This document shows positions 22,595 to 35,334 of a DNA stretch of 64,000 nt, in pieces. The DNA comes from Amoebophrya sp. A120 (Eukaryota; Protista; Dinoflagellata). Within the stretch, counting starts at the first letter, position 1. Each line of letters begins with the position of its first letter. Both the position numbers and the translations under genes were made by a program. Location: NCBI GenBank assembly GCA_905178155.1, contig CAJINV010000002.1, positions 12,099,621 through 12,163,620 on the forward strand, written 5' to 3'. The notes beneath the pieces were generated by a model that was not told the origin of the DNA, ran no database searches, and saw only the letters and a list, made by a program, of their open reading frames with translations.

Positions 22595-25507
22595 TTATTG
22601 ATGTTGTTCGGCGACAAAATCGATGGCGTTTCGATTGTACCACTCTGCGAGCAGATCAGCCGGAATCCACTCCTTCGTCTCGTCACGGTTCTCAAACAGT
22701 TTGAGATCTTTGTCGGCCTCCGCGAGGGTCATTACGACGAGCCTCAACGGCTCAGAGACAGAGTCCTCTTGTACAAAAAATTGAGACGCCGACTGTTCCT
22801 CTGATGCGCCGAAAAGTTGCTGGCTTTCTGCTACCGCTCCCTCTGCAGCTTCTTCTTGATGCGCCGAAAACGATGACTCCCTGTGCACACCGGATGCTGG
22901 GAAATAAACGACCCCCGCGGCCCTGCTGGTTCCGCCGCTGCTGGACATCGGCGCTTTCTTACTGTTCGCCACCAAGCGAACCGCAGCCCGGACGGCGTTT
23001 CGAATCTGCTCCACATCTTTTTCCTCGACTGCCAAGATGGCGCGAATGTTCACCCGGTCAGCCCACTTTTCGCAACGCGCCATCAGGTGCATGTCCGGGC
23101 GTTCAAAGCGTTTCCGCCAGCCCTTCCAGGAGTCGAGGGCAAACCGTTTCAGGAAGTTTTTTTGTTGGTAGTCTCCCGATCCCGTTACGTCCAATACATC
23201 CCCCAATACCAACACTGGTAGGGTGCCCGGCCCCATGTAGGTCTGCAGCTTCTCGGTGGCGTCTGCGCTTTCCTTCCTGGTCTGCCACCCAAATCGGCCC
23301 GCGTAGGCATGGGGCTTGAGACCCGCGTTTTTGTAGGCGTACTCTTTCGCCATATCCCACAGACGCACGCTTTCGTTTCCGCTGCATTCATGCATCCGAA
23401 AGGACACGGGGGCAGACACTGCAACGGACTGGCGCTGTTGAAGCTCGGTCTCAGTGCGCTTCGTTTCATCATTGGTGAGTGACGTCCTGGTCGACGGGAT
23501 GTCGCTCCCCGCCGTTTCATTCGCCATCTGTGCCCGCTCCCCTCCGGTAAACTCGATCCCCTTCCGGGTAAGGAACGTCACGCCAGCCAGCTGCGCGCTC
23601 GTGAAGAGAATCGCTGAGACCACATGGTAAATCGCCACACCGGTGAGCGACCAGGCTGTTGGAAAACCCAGGTCCGCGCTTGGAGGTCTCGCCAGCTCCA
23701 GTGCTCGAAGGGAAACCGGGGGCGAATGGCACAGGGTGAGATCACCGAAGTACGCGTAGGCTAAGACAGCTGAATTACGCGCGAAAGGTCCGAAAGCGAA
23801 TTCGGCTTCTTGTTCAAAGAAATGGTTATCGTCCGACCACGATCCGCAGAGCAGCTTTTTTATTTGGTCGGGCGAAGCTGTGGAGTTGTCGTGGTGGAAC
23901 CAAGACTGAAACGAGGAGTTTTCCCACGCGTAATACCTCTCCTCCTCATACGGCGGGTCGTACTTGTATTCATACCGTGGAGCTTCCCCGATTAGCCCAT
24001 TGAAGGACCACCACGAAGGAGGAAGTTCTCGGAGCGCCGCCTTGCAAAATGGCGTGCGCTTGATCGCTCGCAAGTACTTTCTTGCCACTATCTGCGCCTC
24101 CTGCTCGTCCACGGCGACAAAAAACTGCTCTCCCTGTCCGATTCTGTCAGTCAGAGCATCCCGATCCCGATCGTAGAGGCCCGCGGAGAGGCACCTCGGT
24201 CGCAGATCAGGCTGGTTGCCGCGAAGAACTGCGAGTGAGGCAGAGCCTGCGCTGACGCGAAGGCCTCCGCCATCGACATCGTCATCCTGTTGAGAGCCAC
24301 CCCATCGTGTCGTTGAGAAGACGCTGGCAGTCTTGAACGTCGGCGCGAATTCAGGCCGGCAAAACGCGTCCGATCCGGAGGAGGTTCCCTGCTCACCATG
24401 GCGGTCCTCTCCGGCCTTCGAATTTTGACCATTCACCACATCACTGCGTCCACTAGTACTCCCAGTCGACGTTGTTCCGTCTGTAGCGGCAACGACGTCC
24501 GCTGCGTCGCCCGACACCTGCGAGGACGACCAGGCTGTTGCGTCATTTTGATTTTCCTCGTCCCGCCTTTCGAGCTCGCAAGGGCAATCGAGGCGCCAAT
24601 TTAGCAACTGTAAACTGCTTTTTTTCGACGATGCCGACGGGTCATTTGCACCATTTGCGTATGTATGCGGCCGCGCAAGAAGCTGTGCATTGGCGCGCCG
24701 CAGCCGCTCCGCCAGCGGATTCGCACGTATCACGGCATCGCAGATCTCGTCGTTGCACGTCGATGGAGCTTTTTTCCGCTTATTGAGTGTTTCAAGAAAA
24801 GCATCGGGCTCCTGATATCTTCCCTGCGTTATAATTTGCTTGCGTTCGTCATCGTCTTCATTTTCTACCTCCACCCAAGAAGCTCCTTCTTGTTGTTGTT
24901 GGCGTTGTTCATCGGTACTAGTGCTGGCCCCTGCGTGGTCAACGGTAACCACACGCACGAAGCTTCGTGGAGTAGAACTGAACCCAGCGAAAGGTGGAGG
25001 ACCTCCAACGGATGAACGAGTATCGCTGCTTTGCAAGAACTCCACTGCTGGTTCTTCTTGAAGGGCAGAACCGTTCTCGTCGCTGTCTCGTGAATTTGTA
25101 TTTCTTATTTCGCCGTCTCCGTCTCCGTCAAGATCAACATCATCGGCTCCCTGTTGGTCATTTTTTCTCGAAGAGGGGCGAGATGGCGCCGCGGAAAAGC
25201 GAGTAGTTCTACTTTTTGCTCGTCCGCCACGAGCACGACCTCCGGGCCCGTCGACTTCCTGTAGTTCTTCTTCTTGTCGTCCCACAGAAGTTGAAGTTGA
25301 TCTTGATGCTGTGGCTGCTTCTCCGGCCGCGAAGCAACTCAATTTCTCCAGCAGGAGGACCAGCAGTGGAAGTACTATTAGACCGCCGCGTAGTAGTACC
25401 TGTCGGGACATGGAACAAACGAGAGCAAAGCTGCGGTAAGATGAGGTAAAGCTACTCATCGAGCAGTTTGTCTGTCGTTTGGACGTCGAAACCATTTTGC
25501 TCAGCAT
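22595..25507 (-). CDS. Hypothetical, possibly secreted or membrane protein
   Basis: 970-aa uninterrupted ORF; N-terminal hydrophobic segment GLIVLPLLVLLL and an internal hydrophobic segment; no recognisable domain. Confidence 0.65.
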   Translation of the reverse strand: MLSKMVSTSKRQTNCSMSSFTSSYRSFALVCSMSRQVLLRGGLIVLPLLVLLLEKLSCFAAGEAATASRSTSTSVGRQEEELQEVDGPGGRARGGRAKSRTTRFSAAPSRPSSRKNDQQGADDVDLDGDGDGEIRNTNSRDSDENGSALQEEPAVEFLQSSDTRSSVGGPPPFAGFSSTPRSFVRVVTVDHAGASTSTDEQRQQQQEGASWVEVENEDDDERKQIITQGRYQEPDAFLETLNKRKKAPSTCNDEICDAVIRANPLAERLRRANAQLLARPHTYANGANDPSASSKKSSLQLLNWRLDCPCELERRDEENQNDATAWSSSQVSGDAADVVAATDGTTSTGSTSGRSDVVNGQNSKAGEDRHGEQGTSSGSDAFCRPEFAPTFKTASVFSTTRWGGSQQDDDVDGGGLRVSAGSASLAVLRGNQPDLRPRCLSAGLYDRDRDALTDRIGQGEQFFVAVDEQEAQIVARKYLRAIKRTPFCKAALRELPPSWWSFNGLIGEAPRYEYKYDPPYEEERYYAWENSSFQSWFHHDNSTASPDQIKKLLCGSWSDDNHFFEQEAEFAFGPFARNSAVLAYAYFGDLTLCHSPPVSLRALELARPPSADLGFPTAWSLTGVAIYHVVSAILFTSAQLAGVTFLTRKGIEFTGGERAQMANETAGSDIPSTRTSLTNDETKRTETELQQRQSVAVSAPVSFRMHECSGNESVRLWDMAKEYAYKNAGLKPHAYAGRFGWQTRKESADATEKLQTYMGPGTLPVLVLGDVLDVTGSGDYQQKNFLKRFALDSWKGWRKRFERPDMHLMARCEKWADRVNIRAILAVEEKDVEQIRNAVRAAVRLVANSKKAPMSSSGGTSRAAGVVYFPASGVHRESSFSAHQEEAAEGAVAESQQLFGASEEQSASQFFVQEDSVSEPLRLVVMTLAEADKDLKLFENRDETKEWIPADLLAEWYNRNAIDFVAEQHQ

Positions 25508-25793
25508 CGGCTAGGAGATGACCGTTGGGACAAATAAAACTATGGAGCAACGTCGCTGTCCCCGGGGCGCAGCTTGTCGTGAAGTTGTCGCATGTCACCA
25601 AGCTTCATCTTCTGACTCATTCTTTGTGTTTTTGGTGTGGTCCATTCACGGAACGTTCTGTGTGTTCTTCTTGGCGCGAACACGACACCTGAGACAAGGA
25701 AGCGAAGGAGATTCATTCATTCAGTAAGTGCGTCTCCGGTTTCAAAATTTGTTTCGTTTCTTCCACCAAGGACTAGGAGTTGATATATCGTAG

Positions 25794-26013
25794 TAATCTT
25801 GCCACCAGGGGTGTCGTAGTCGTCATCTACGTGTACGTCCTCTTGTCAGTTGCAGTGTTGAGTTACTCTTACTCTCACTCTCTCTCATTCCATAAACAAT
25901 AACAAAGATTTTCCAAAATCACGAGCCACCGGCATTGCCAGGAGCCGCAATCGCTGACGCATCAGGACCGGCAACTGTCCGTGTGTCCGTCGTGCCAATC
26001 CTTCGCTGCTCGA
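25794..26013. repeat. About 215-bp direct repeat, copy 1
   Basis: Near-identical to 28796-29006 (taatcttgccaccagg...cataaacaataacaaagattttccaaaatcacgagccaccggcattgccaggagccgcaatcgctgac...ttcgctgctcga). Confidence 0.93.
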
Positions 26014-26461
26014 ACAAAAGAAAACCAAAAGCTGAGCTGCATTCACAGCGAAAAAAAATTTTGCACGACGAAAAAACCCTTTGCGAGAGAGAACCAATTC
26101 AAAAAACGCAAAGAGGACGACTGATGTGAACGAAAAAACGACGTGTAAAGATGATTTCATCTTTGAAACTACACGATAATGATCAAGTTCAGGTGTACCA
26201 TGAATGTACACCACGATTGCTGCATGTCAACACTTACCTACGGAAGCGAAAGAGCCCCTGGGCTACCCAACGCAGCGCATTGTGGTTGTGTTTGTGAACA
26301 TCAGGCCGCGGGCCCGCTTCTACTTATCCTGCTTTCACTTGTCTTCTGAACGGAATAAATCATTTTATAGGAGGGGCATTCGCAAACGCAATTGTCGGAA
26401 TTGTTCTACTTCGTGCTTGTGCTGCTGAAATTGCGCTTCTAAAATCTTCACGGTTCTATTA

Positions 26462-28269
26462 TCAGGACCTCGATAATTTTCCGCAGTCGCGGCTGACTGC
26501 AACTCTGGAATTTTTCGGGAGATATAACTCTAGTAGCGAGCTGGGTGCAGTCGTGATCGTTCTTGAGCAGTGTTCTTGCACTAGAGCTTGTTCTTGACTG
26601 ATTTGCATTCGCGTTAGTCCGCAGCAGCGTGACTGATTTGCATTCGCGTTATTCGCAGTATTTTTTCTGGCGCTGCCCCGCTCTGCATCTCGAATTCGTC
26701 GTAACAACCACACCAAGACGGCCCGCTCTTTGAAATAAGTAAAAATCTCGTTGAACAAAATATCCTCGCGCGATAGTTCGCTCTCCTCTGAATTAGTACG
26801 GGCAGCCGCAGCAAGTAGATCTCGTTCTCGATCGAAGTAGTTGCGTATCTCGGAAAAACTTCTGCACAACCATGGCGATTCTGGCTGGTTGTGTGCTGTT
26901 TTATATATGAAAAAGGAGCAACATTTGTTGCTGTCTTACGTGTCGGTATCGTAGGTGGGAATGTAGTTTTTTGTGCTCGTACATGGGCTCCAAGAAATTC
27001 ACACATCATTGAATATTCGGGTGTGCGCTTTATTTGCGTACAACCAGATGATCAACAGTCAAAAAAAAATAATCTCAAAAAGCAAACACACGAAAGCCAT
27101 ACCGGATGGATTGCAGACGTTCGCTAATGTCTGTGTCGCACTGTGACTGCCGCTGTACCATTTCAACGATTTCAGCAATCCCTTGTGGGACCTGTGCGGC
27201 TTGTGAAGTTTCGCGACGAATTCAGGAGGCAAGAGGTGGGTTTCTAGATCGATGTTTCGACTCACTTATCACCGTGCAGTTGTTTTCTTTCCGTGCGCTT
27301 GTTCTTTTGCACCTATAGAAGCCATGCACGCAGTCAACGAGCCACAAAACTAGAGGTAGAGGCTCTAGTACAAACGGAAATAACCTGGCCAAAGCGAATA
27401 AACCTAGTGATAGCGCATGCCCTATTCCTCTCGGGTGACCATCGTGGCAGCACCTGTGGCGAGAAAAGAAAATTCTTGACACGGCATATTACTTCGATGA
27501 GCTCGATGCAATGAACGTCATCCGGGATGTCATTGCTCGTTGGTGTTGGAACATGCGACGGCAGGATCAGATCTTGAAGATCTGATCCTGCCGTCGCATG
27601 TGACATCGCGTTTGCTGCGTATTGGGCGGAAGCAGAAAATGACTTTAACCCGTCCTCGATCGCCCACAATGGTGGCGTTTCGCCGCTCGGTGCTCTTGCT
27701 GAGAAGGCCGAAGAAAAAAACGTTGACGGTTCGGCTGCCTCTTCACGGGTGTGAAAAGCTGCAGGGACTTGCAGAGGGCGCCTACTCATGGACGAAGAGG
27801 AAGATGAAGACGAGGCCCATGATGATGATGATGATGATGATGATGATGGGGCAGCCCCGCAGTTCTGCGGTCGGAGCTGGTGTTGGTACTTTTCTGCCTT
27901 CGCGGCTAGTTCTCTTCGCTCGCGATTCTTTTCGGCATGGAGATGGTTTCGCAGTAGTTTTCCTGTTTGCGCGAAGTCCGGCACAGCAAGCGGCGCTGCG
28001 TGGCGCGAATCGATGGCAACGAGGCCTGCAACTGTTCCTGTCCCCCTCCGTTCCTTATGCTTCATTGTGTTCGGCGGCATCCTCCACAAATACTTTTTTC
28101 CGGCCGCGGTGCGACATGGTTTGTAGCCATACCAGGGGTGTCTGGTATCCTTTAGAGCACCGACGTCAACCCATCTGCTCGAGGAAACAAGGCGCGCGGC
28201 CTTGTCTGATGGCGGAGGCGGCCCAGAGGGGCCGTCGTTCTTCGTCTCCACGCTGCTCATCTCACACAA
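26462..28269 (-). CDS. Hypothetical protein (probably multi-exon)
   Basis: ORFs 27334-28269, 27059-27265 and 26462-26869. GT-AG intron 26881-27102 joins the last two in frame; the first join is unresolved. Confidence 0.4.
27551..27601. repeat. Perfect 51-bp palindrome (25-bp arms, 1-nt spacer)
   Basis: acatgcgacggcaggatcagatctt-g-aagatctgatcctgccgtcgcatgt. Confidence 0.95.
27819..27848. repeat. (ATG)10 microsatellite
   Basis: Read directly; encodes poly-Ser in the minus-strand ORF. Confidence 0.9.
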
Positions 28270-28795
28270 CGGCCAAAAGAAGGCTCGACTTCAGACTATC
28301 GCGAAACATTACTGCTGCATCAGGACCTGCCGAACGACCGATAGGTCCACACTATCGTCTATAAGTATTTCATGGGAGCCAGAGCCTCGTTAGTGCAGTT
28401 TTGAATTTGATGGATGCCTGAAAACGTTTTGACACCGCCGCGGCAGACGCTGAAGCGTTCTGTCGCATCGTTGAGACAAATTTGCGTAGTAAGTTCAGAC
28501 TCTGGTTTATCAACCAAATGCTTTCATCTTCACGACCAACGTGCGTTAGTCCTCTTTGTTTACACACCCAAGAAAGGCCCCCCGACGTAGTACTTTGACT
28601 TTCTGCCTAGAAACAACAATATTCATGCGTCAGCGCAGTCTGATCCTCGCCAAAAGAAAACACCAGGTCTGATTTCTGTATACTCTCAAGAACAGGTAGA
28701 AAGCGAAAGGTTCTCAGGTCCCGACGGAAATTAAAAATGCGGAGAGACTATGTGTTCGCGTGACAGTCTAGTGACCGTCACAATCTCGGGCCGGC

Positions 28796-29006
28796 TAATC
28801 TTGCCACCAGGGCGGGTGTCGTAGTCGTCATCTACGTGTACGTCTTGTCAGTTGCAGTGTTAATTTACTCTCTCTCATTCCATAAACAATAACAAAGATT
28901 TTCCAAAATCACGAGCCACCGGCATTGCCAGGAGCCGCAATCGCTGACACATGATCAGGCCCGGCAACTGTCCGTTTGTCCGTCGTGCCAATCGTTCGCT
29001 GCTCGA
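28796..29006. repeat. About 215-bp direct repeat, copy 2
   Basis: Matches 25794-26013; lies just 3' of the stop codon (29043) of the neighbouring minus-strand gene. Confidence 0.93.
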
Positions 29007-29042
29007 GGGGGCACGACTGAGAAAGTGAACCAATATTTTTTG

Positions 29043-30020
29043 CTACTCGTCCACGCACGTGTGATCCAAAGCGCTTTCCACAGGCTCGTACTCCCTCGCA
29101 TTTTTGGGCGCGCCCTCGGCCTCCATGCCGTCCACGTTGGTGATCACGAGAGGCTCGCCGCAGTCGTTGCTGTCGCCGTGGAAGGATTTGACAATCGTGC
29201 CGTGCGCCTCGTTCCGGCAGTCCAACTCCACACAGGCCCAGCCGTCGGTCCCGCGCATCTCTCCGTGGAGCATGTCTTTGGTCCCGCACTTCCATTTCAC
29301 GCCGCCCGCGTCGTATCAAGCAAAAAAGTGTCAACGTTAACGGTTTTCCTTTTCACATCATATGGCAGTCATGCATTACAAATTTTGCCTTCCATGCACG
29401 CTACGCAGTACAAATTTGGTTTCGGGCACCTTTATTTCTGATGCATTACTGCACCACAAATTTCGTTGTAACGTTAACACTTTTTGTTTTTAGTGTGATA
29501 CGTCGATCACGTACTTGACGCTGTCGCCGCCGCCTCCTAGCTGCGCCACAGTGTTTCGGCAGACGGCATTGGGGCAAAGCTGGTTTTCCTTCAGAACCCC
29601 CTTGGACTTTGGGGGGAAAATCCAGTACTGAATTAGCTGGACGAGCGGGAAGAAACTTGTTTGGTGCTTCCGTGCTGTCACTGTCGTGGTAGCTGACCGG
29701 GATAAGAGGCGAGGACTGCTCCTCGTCGAGAAGCGTCGCGCAGAAGAAGCCGAATCAACATCAACATCAACAACTGCAGGGGGTTCTGATGATGAAATTG
29801 TGAGTGTTCGTGTAGTTGTGAAGCTGGTTCTGTAGGAGCTTCTCGTGCTGTGGTTAATATCCCTCTCCATACGCGGGAGATGGGGAGTCGTGCTGTGGAG
29901 GCAGGTCGCGCAGTGGTCCTCGTGGCCGGCCTCTACATCAGCACCTCCATGTGAAGACCTATGCACGTCCCCCAGCTGGAAAACCTCTTGTAACAGTCGC
30001 GCCACTTGACCTTCAGGCAT
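29043..30020 (-). CDS. Hypothetical protein with Cys-containing C-terminal domain (2 exons; start uncertain)
   Basis: ORFs 29490-30038 and 29043-29300 join in frame (KYVID|AGGVKWKCG) after removing the 29314-29500 element plus one TSD. Confidence 0.65.
29314..29500. mobile_element. Introner/MITE-like non-canonical intron, family E
   Basis: TAT...ATA ends; inverted repeat aaaaagtgtcaacgtta / taacgttaacacttttt; perfect TSD cgtcg (29309-29313, 29501-29505). Confidence 0.88.
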
Positions 30021-31180
30021 CTTCTTGTTCTCTTTCAAAATTAAAACACCAAGTCAGAGTTTGACTTAGAAAGCTTTTCAAAAGTTGTACAAGATGAGTC
30101 CCGGCCCCGGGCTCTCAGTCCAAAATTGGCATCGTAGATCGAATCATCTTCATTCGACTCGCCTGCTACGGCTCCAGACGCGGTAGAGGTGCAGGAATTC
30201 TTTTTTGAGAATCGATCCTGTTGCACCAGCGATCACGCATCACGATTTTGTTTTTTGGACGAAAACGAAGTGACGACTGGTGCGATCAACGACTGAGTGG
30301 CGATACTTAGGCGACACTAGCTGCTTCTAGACTTCTGAAGCTGATGCAGAGCGACCTCAACATCGATGTCGATCCAAAACACATCGAAAGATAACAATCA
30401 CAATGCCACAATTGACACGAAGTAATAACTCGCATTCGTGGCAGGGTAATCTCCTGCTTGTGCTCTTTCATCACGGTCAGCTCGATCAGAAACTAAGCTA
30501 CAGGTGTTTATCACATGCTCATGTAGAATCCATGGGTTATCAAATTTCCGAAGCGAATCGAAGTTGCTCTTGAATACAGTAACGCTCTTGCCGAAATAAG
30601 ACTATGTAAACAGAGTTCGTAAAACTCGTCAAACAGCATGAAAATGTAGCATTTGCAGATGCGATACGCTTCTAAAGTGGTGCCATGAATAAATTCTAGT
30701 ATTGCAACATCAAAACGGACATTTTTCGGCGAAGGTGTTTCCACCAGTGCAATGTAGTAATCATACATAATTCGGCTTTCTCTCATTTTGTATATAAGTA
30801 GCACGGACTTTCTTCATCACAAATTCAAATTTGCCAACCTCTTGGTGCGAAAAGAGAAACTAAAACTACGTGTGTAGTAACTACCTAGACGACCAAGATG
30901 AAGGTGCCTATGGTTATCACGCTATGCACAGAATCCTGATAAAGTAAAAGATAAATTTGAGACGACATTCACACTAAATTTGAATGGTGACACAGACACA
31001 TTAAGCAATTGCAATTGCCATATCAAGAATGATTGATGTTGAAACCAAAGTTTGTTCGCGAAGTGCTTTTGATTGCCGGAATCAAAAATAGTAATCCTCT
31101 ACCTCTTCCTCTTCCGTAAAGAAAAAGGACAGTGTACAAATCGATTCGCACTCCACGTGATACAACCGTCTGCGCGCCAC

Positions 31181-34100
31181 TTACGCCCCTCGCAGCCGAT
31201 CGTACTCGTCTTCCTCGTCTCTACTATCGCCACTGCGGCCATTGTTGACCCCGACTCGAATCTGTGTGATTCCGGCCTTCGCCAGCAACTGCCTGAGCGT
31301 CTGGCCGCTCGCCGATCGGTCACCGGCGGACTGCTGCGCGGTCAGGTCCAAAACGGTGGACATGTGCGAGAAACGGCGATTGATCCGCGCCTTTTCGATC
31401 TCGGAGAGCACAGTGAATTTCCGCATCAGAATCTGCTGCTTCGCTGCCTGATTCGCTTGCATGCCGAGCACCACGCGGTCCCCTTTCCACGTTCGGCGAA
31501 TGTTTTTCTCCAAAATCGTGCCCTGCGGAATCACCTGCTGCCCGCCGCGCGTGCCCTGCCGAGAGATCGGAACGATGTTGCGGTCGCTGAGGAGGGAGGA
31601 AGTCTGACTGTACTTGTTTGACAGATTCTCGAGCAGATCTTTTCTTGAGTCCGCATTTGGTCGTTGTCCGCTTGCAGTTCCGGCATTTGATGCCGCCCTT
31701 TGCTGCGCGTGCGCAGCTCTTTCTGGTGACATAAACCTTTCGTTGTAGGGTTGAATCACGCGCGCGAGAAACTTACTCATCGACTGTTGTCGCAAAATTC
31801 GGTCGTAGTCTCCGCAGGAGAGAGCGCGTCTTCCAGCAGGTCCGCTTTTTTTCGGATCGCTGTTGTAAAAATGGTCATCGACATCACCCTGCTCGTTTCC
31901 GCGCGATCTGTCCACTTCCTGCTGCTGCCATGGCCGTAAAGACGGCGGAGCAGTAGATGAAGCGGCGCTAATAGATTTCGAAGCTGCATGCTGTGCCGGC
32001 AGCGATTTTTGCTTCACCTTTCCATCGGGCGAAGCGGCAAGTTGACCTGCTGTCATTGGCGAGGAAGCACCCAGTGAGCTGGCTGCGGGTCGCTTCTTAC
32101 TTGGACTCAAACTCACACTGGTTGACGAAGTGGAGGCGGCTGTACTGGAAGTTCCATGATTCTTCTCGGTCTTCTTGCGCGGACTGCTGTCCGCTTTATT
32201 ATCGAAGGAGAGCAATGTCGGCAGCATTTTGTCGGGATGCTCCCGGTCCTTGTGCCTGTTGTAGGTACAGAGAGAGGGTAGGAGTTTTTCGTTCTCCCAG
32301 GCACGACACAAAAGCACGACTCTAGTACAGCACTGATCCGGTTCATCTATTCAGTTACTCAAAGAAAAAGGCTTATATGCAGATCATTATTCATATTTTT
32401 ATTTGAGAATCTCATTTAATGCACTAGCTGGCTGTTGTACTTACCACCCCAATCGGGTCAGGTACTGCTGCTTGAGGTAGTCAGCAGCTGCGGGGGGCAG
32501 GAAGTAAATGAAGTTTTTCAGGGTGATGGAAAAGACGTGGATCTGGGTGTGCGCGACAACCCGGTAGGGGTCCGGCTCGTTGAACAGGACTGAGTACCCG
32601 CCGATGATTGTCCCAGACGAAACAATGCTGACATTTGTGTATTCGCTGCGGACGCCGCTGCCGACGCCCGTTGCGCTCGCACTGCCCGTGGTTCCGCTGG
32701 TCATCTCCATCAGCTGCTCCGAAGAGCGGGTCCGACTGAGCTCGGGGTTGTACTTTTGCAACACGGCCTCGCCGGACCGAACAAACCAGATGCAGGTGGT
32801 GTTGTGGTCTTGATGCGCGGTTGCATTCGCGCCGTTGCGATTCGCCGTGGCGGATTTGGGAGAGCCGAACAGGTTCGAGGAAGCGCCGTGGGCGCCTCTG
32901 TGCGGGGTGTTGAACATAGCATTGCTCGCCCCGCCCGCGCTGCGTGGCGGTGAGGAGCCCAGCGCGCTAGCCACTTTTGCCAGCATCGCCACCCTCTTGA
33001 AGGTACCGATTCCGCCGGACGAGGAGATGTTGTTGATGTTTATCCCCTGCTGCTGCGCAGTGTTTGCGTTCGCCAGCGTATTCATGGCCGTCGGGTTCAT
33101 ATTGTGCTGCTCCTGCAGTTGGGTCTTGTGTTTGGCGTTCTCGGCCTGCCGTTCGGCGTAGTTGGTTTTTGCCGGGTCCACGAAGATGTGTCCCTTCGGA
33201 TACGTTTCGGCCTGCAAAACGTAGCTCAAGCGCGTCAGGTCCGAGGTACTCATGTCCAACCCCTGCAGCAGCTGGGAGCTTAGGAACTGGATCTGATGTG
33301 CATGTGAACAGAAGTAGCTGGAATTTATTATCCGTTGCTGAGAACATTTTCGTATTTCCAAGGCCATACAAGTACTTTTTAACACTTTTTTCTTTATTTT
33401 TTATCTTTTTCCAGACGCTGCGACATGAAACTCGCTCGACCAAAACAAAGCTCAATCATCAATATTAATCGGCAACCTTTGCCCGTCTCTCTTCCACAGT
33501 GGCCTTGTCCATTTCTTTGCTGAACACGGACTTCCGCAACACCAAGCAGTCCACGTCCGTGGCACACACCGCACTCGCCGTCCGCTTGGCCTCCGACAGC
33601 AGGGCGAGCTCGCCGAAGTACTCCGTGGGCCGCAACAATTTCAGCAACTGACCGTATTCAGTCTCGTTGCTGTGCACCTGCTTCCGCACCTTGTGCTTGA
33701 CGTTGTCGGGGAAGGGCGCGAGGATCGCGGTCACGCTGGCGTCCTCGTGCTTCTGATGCTTATGGTCCGGCGAGTGCGGCGAGTTGCCCGCCTGCTGCGA
33801 GTTGCCCGCCTGCTGCTCTATGTGGTGGCTCTCGACCCGGTACTTGCCGCCCAGCATGTGGATCCCCTATCCTGTGCAAAAGTATCGTACTCGTAGTAAT
33901 CGCAATTCTGCAACATTACAAATCTCCGTGTTAAGGTAAATAAAACCGCATTACAAATTTAATTTGTAATGCTAGGCCAATTTGTATTGCGATTTATACT
34001 AGTACGATGCTTTTGCAATGCATATCCCCACCAAGCCCGACAAAACCAGGTAGAACTTTTCGCCCTCCGTGTTGCGCTTGAAAATGCACTTCCCGTTGTG

Positions 34101-34556
34101 GAACCGCTCCCATTCGGCGTGCATTGCCAGCGACGTCAGCGAATCCGGCTCTAAATCCCGGAACAGCTGGACGCGCTTCAACAACTTTGTCAAGTTCTGG
34201 AAATGCACCCCGTGGTGGATGGTCCCTTGCACGAAGCCGGTGCGCACGGACTCCAGCAACGAGGAGTCGGTCTCTAGGCCGTCGTCTGCCGCCGCCGCTG
34301 CAGCAGCGGCGTTGCGGCTCGCGGAAAAGGTGCCGGACATGAGGCGCGTCGTGGGGCTTCCGGCAGAATTTCCGCCCGCGAAGGTGGGTGAGCGAGAAGC
34401 GAATGTTGTAGCTTGTTGTGTGGAAGTGTCCTGGTGGTCTACGGTAAGTAGGTCCGGTTTTCCAAACTTCGAAGAAGGCGACTTCAAGATGCCGCGGCTC
34501 GGAGGATCGGCCGACGATCCGGTTGCTCCGCCGGACGCGGCGGTCGAAATGTTCAT
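31181..34556 (-). CDS. Tandem cyclic-nucleotide-binding-domain protein (about 4 exons)
   Basis: CNB-A: LFRDL...IFKRNTEGEKFYLVLSGLVGI...YFGELALLSEAKRTASAVC. Degenerate CNB-B: YPKGHIFV...IWFVRSGEAVL...GTIIGGYSVL. Introns: family A element, GT-AG 33293-33476, and about 32322-32444 (boundary uncertain). Confidence 0.8.
33868..34024. mobile_element. Introner/MITE-like non-canonical intron, family A copy 2 (reverse orientation to copy 1)
   Basis: tatcctgtgcaaaagtatcgtactcgtagtaat ... tactagtacgatgcttttgcaatgcata; perfect TSD tcccc; removal restores GLVGI|HMLGG. Confidence 0.92.
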
Positions 34557-35334
34557 TTGCGAAAAATTCGCCGTAGTACAACCACGTTTTGGAAAATTCG
34601 ACTCTTCTATGTCGCTGAGCCGAGCAGGAAGATGCGCATCCTACTACAATTTGCGAATCTACTAGCTTTTCAATTCACGCAGAGGCCACTTACTTTGTGC
34701 TTCCAAGGAGGCCACTCCCGCATCCTTGCAGCAGGTGCAACAGCTCACTTGCCTGCATTCTCACTTGTTTCATTCCCGACATCAAACGAAGAGATGCTCT
34801 CAATTTCAGTTTTCCACAAACCTCAGCAATGGCGCCAAAAAAAACACCAGGGAAAAAGGCAACCACAACACGGTCTTCCATATCGCTCAGTTTGAAGTGC
34901 GGTCTGTGAACAATTTGTGTATTGTTGTTTTCTTCGGTGTTGTTTTGTTTTTGTATTTTGGTCGCAGTGGTCATGGTCTTCATAAGATACAGACTCAGCT
35001 TTTACTTAGCTTGTCGCGTCACGAAAAGTCAGTGTGCGTTATCACATGCAAACGTCTCCCGAAGAAAATTGGGAATTCTACCTTGCGCATCTTCCGCATA
35101 TTAGCCATTCACATAGCGAAAGAAAGGTACTTGACGTTTATTTCTTTTTTACAACAATCGTACATGAACATGACATATTGTTCTTAGTCAGAGACCAGAG
35201 ACGGCTTGCGTTGTTTCTGCTCTCCTTTGTCTACGGTCTGCGTCAAGCTGGAGCGCTGCGTCTGTGGTGTGACATTCGTTCCATCCTCAAGGACAAGACC
35301 GCACGCGCCCCTCCCCCTCCAGCCAGCGCAATTA

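Noticed and set aside
33779-33815. 18-bp tandem duplication (QQAGNS x2)
   Set aside because: Ordinary slippage in a low-complexity loop.
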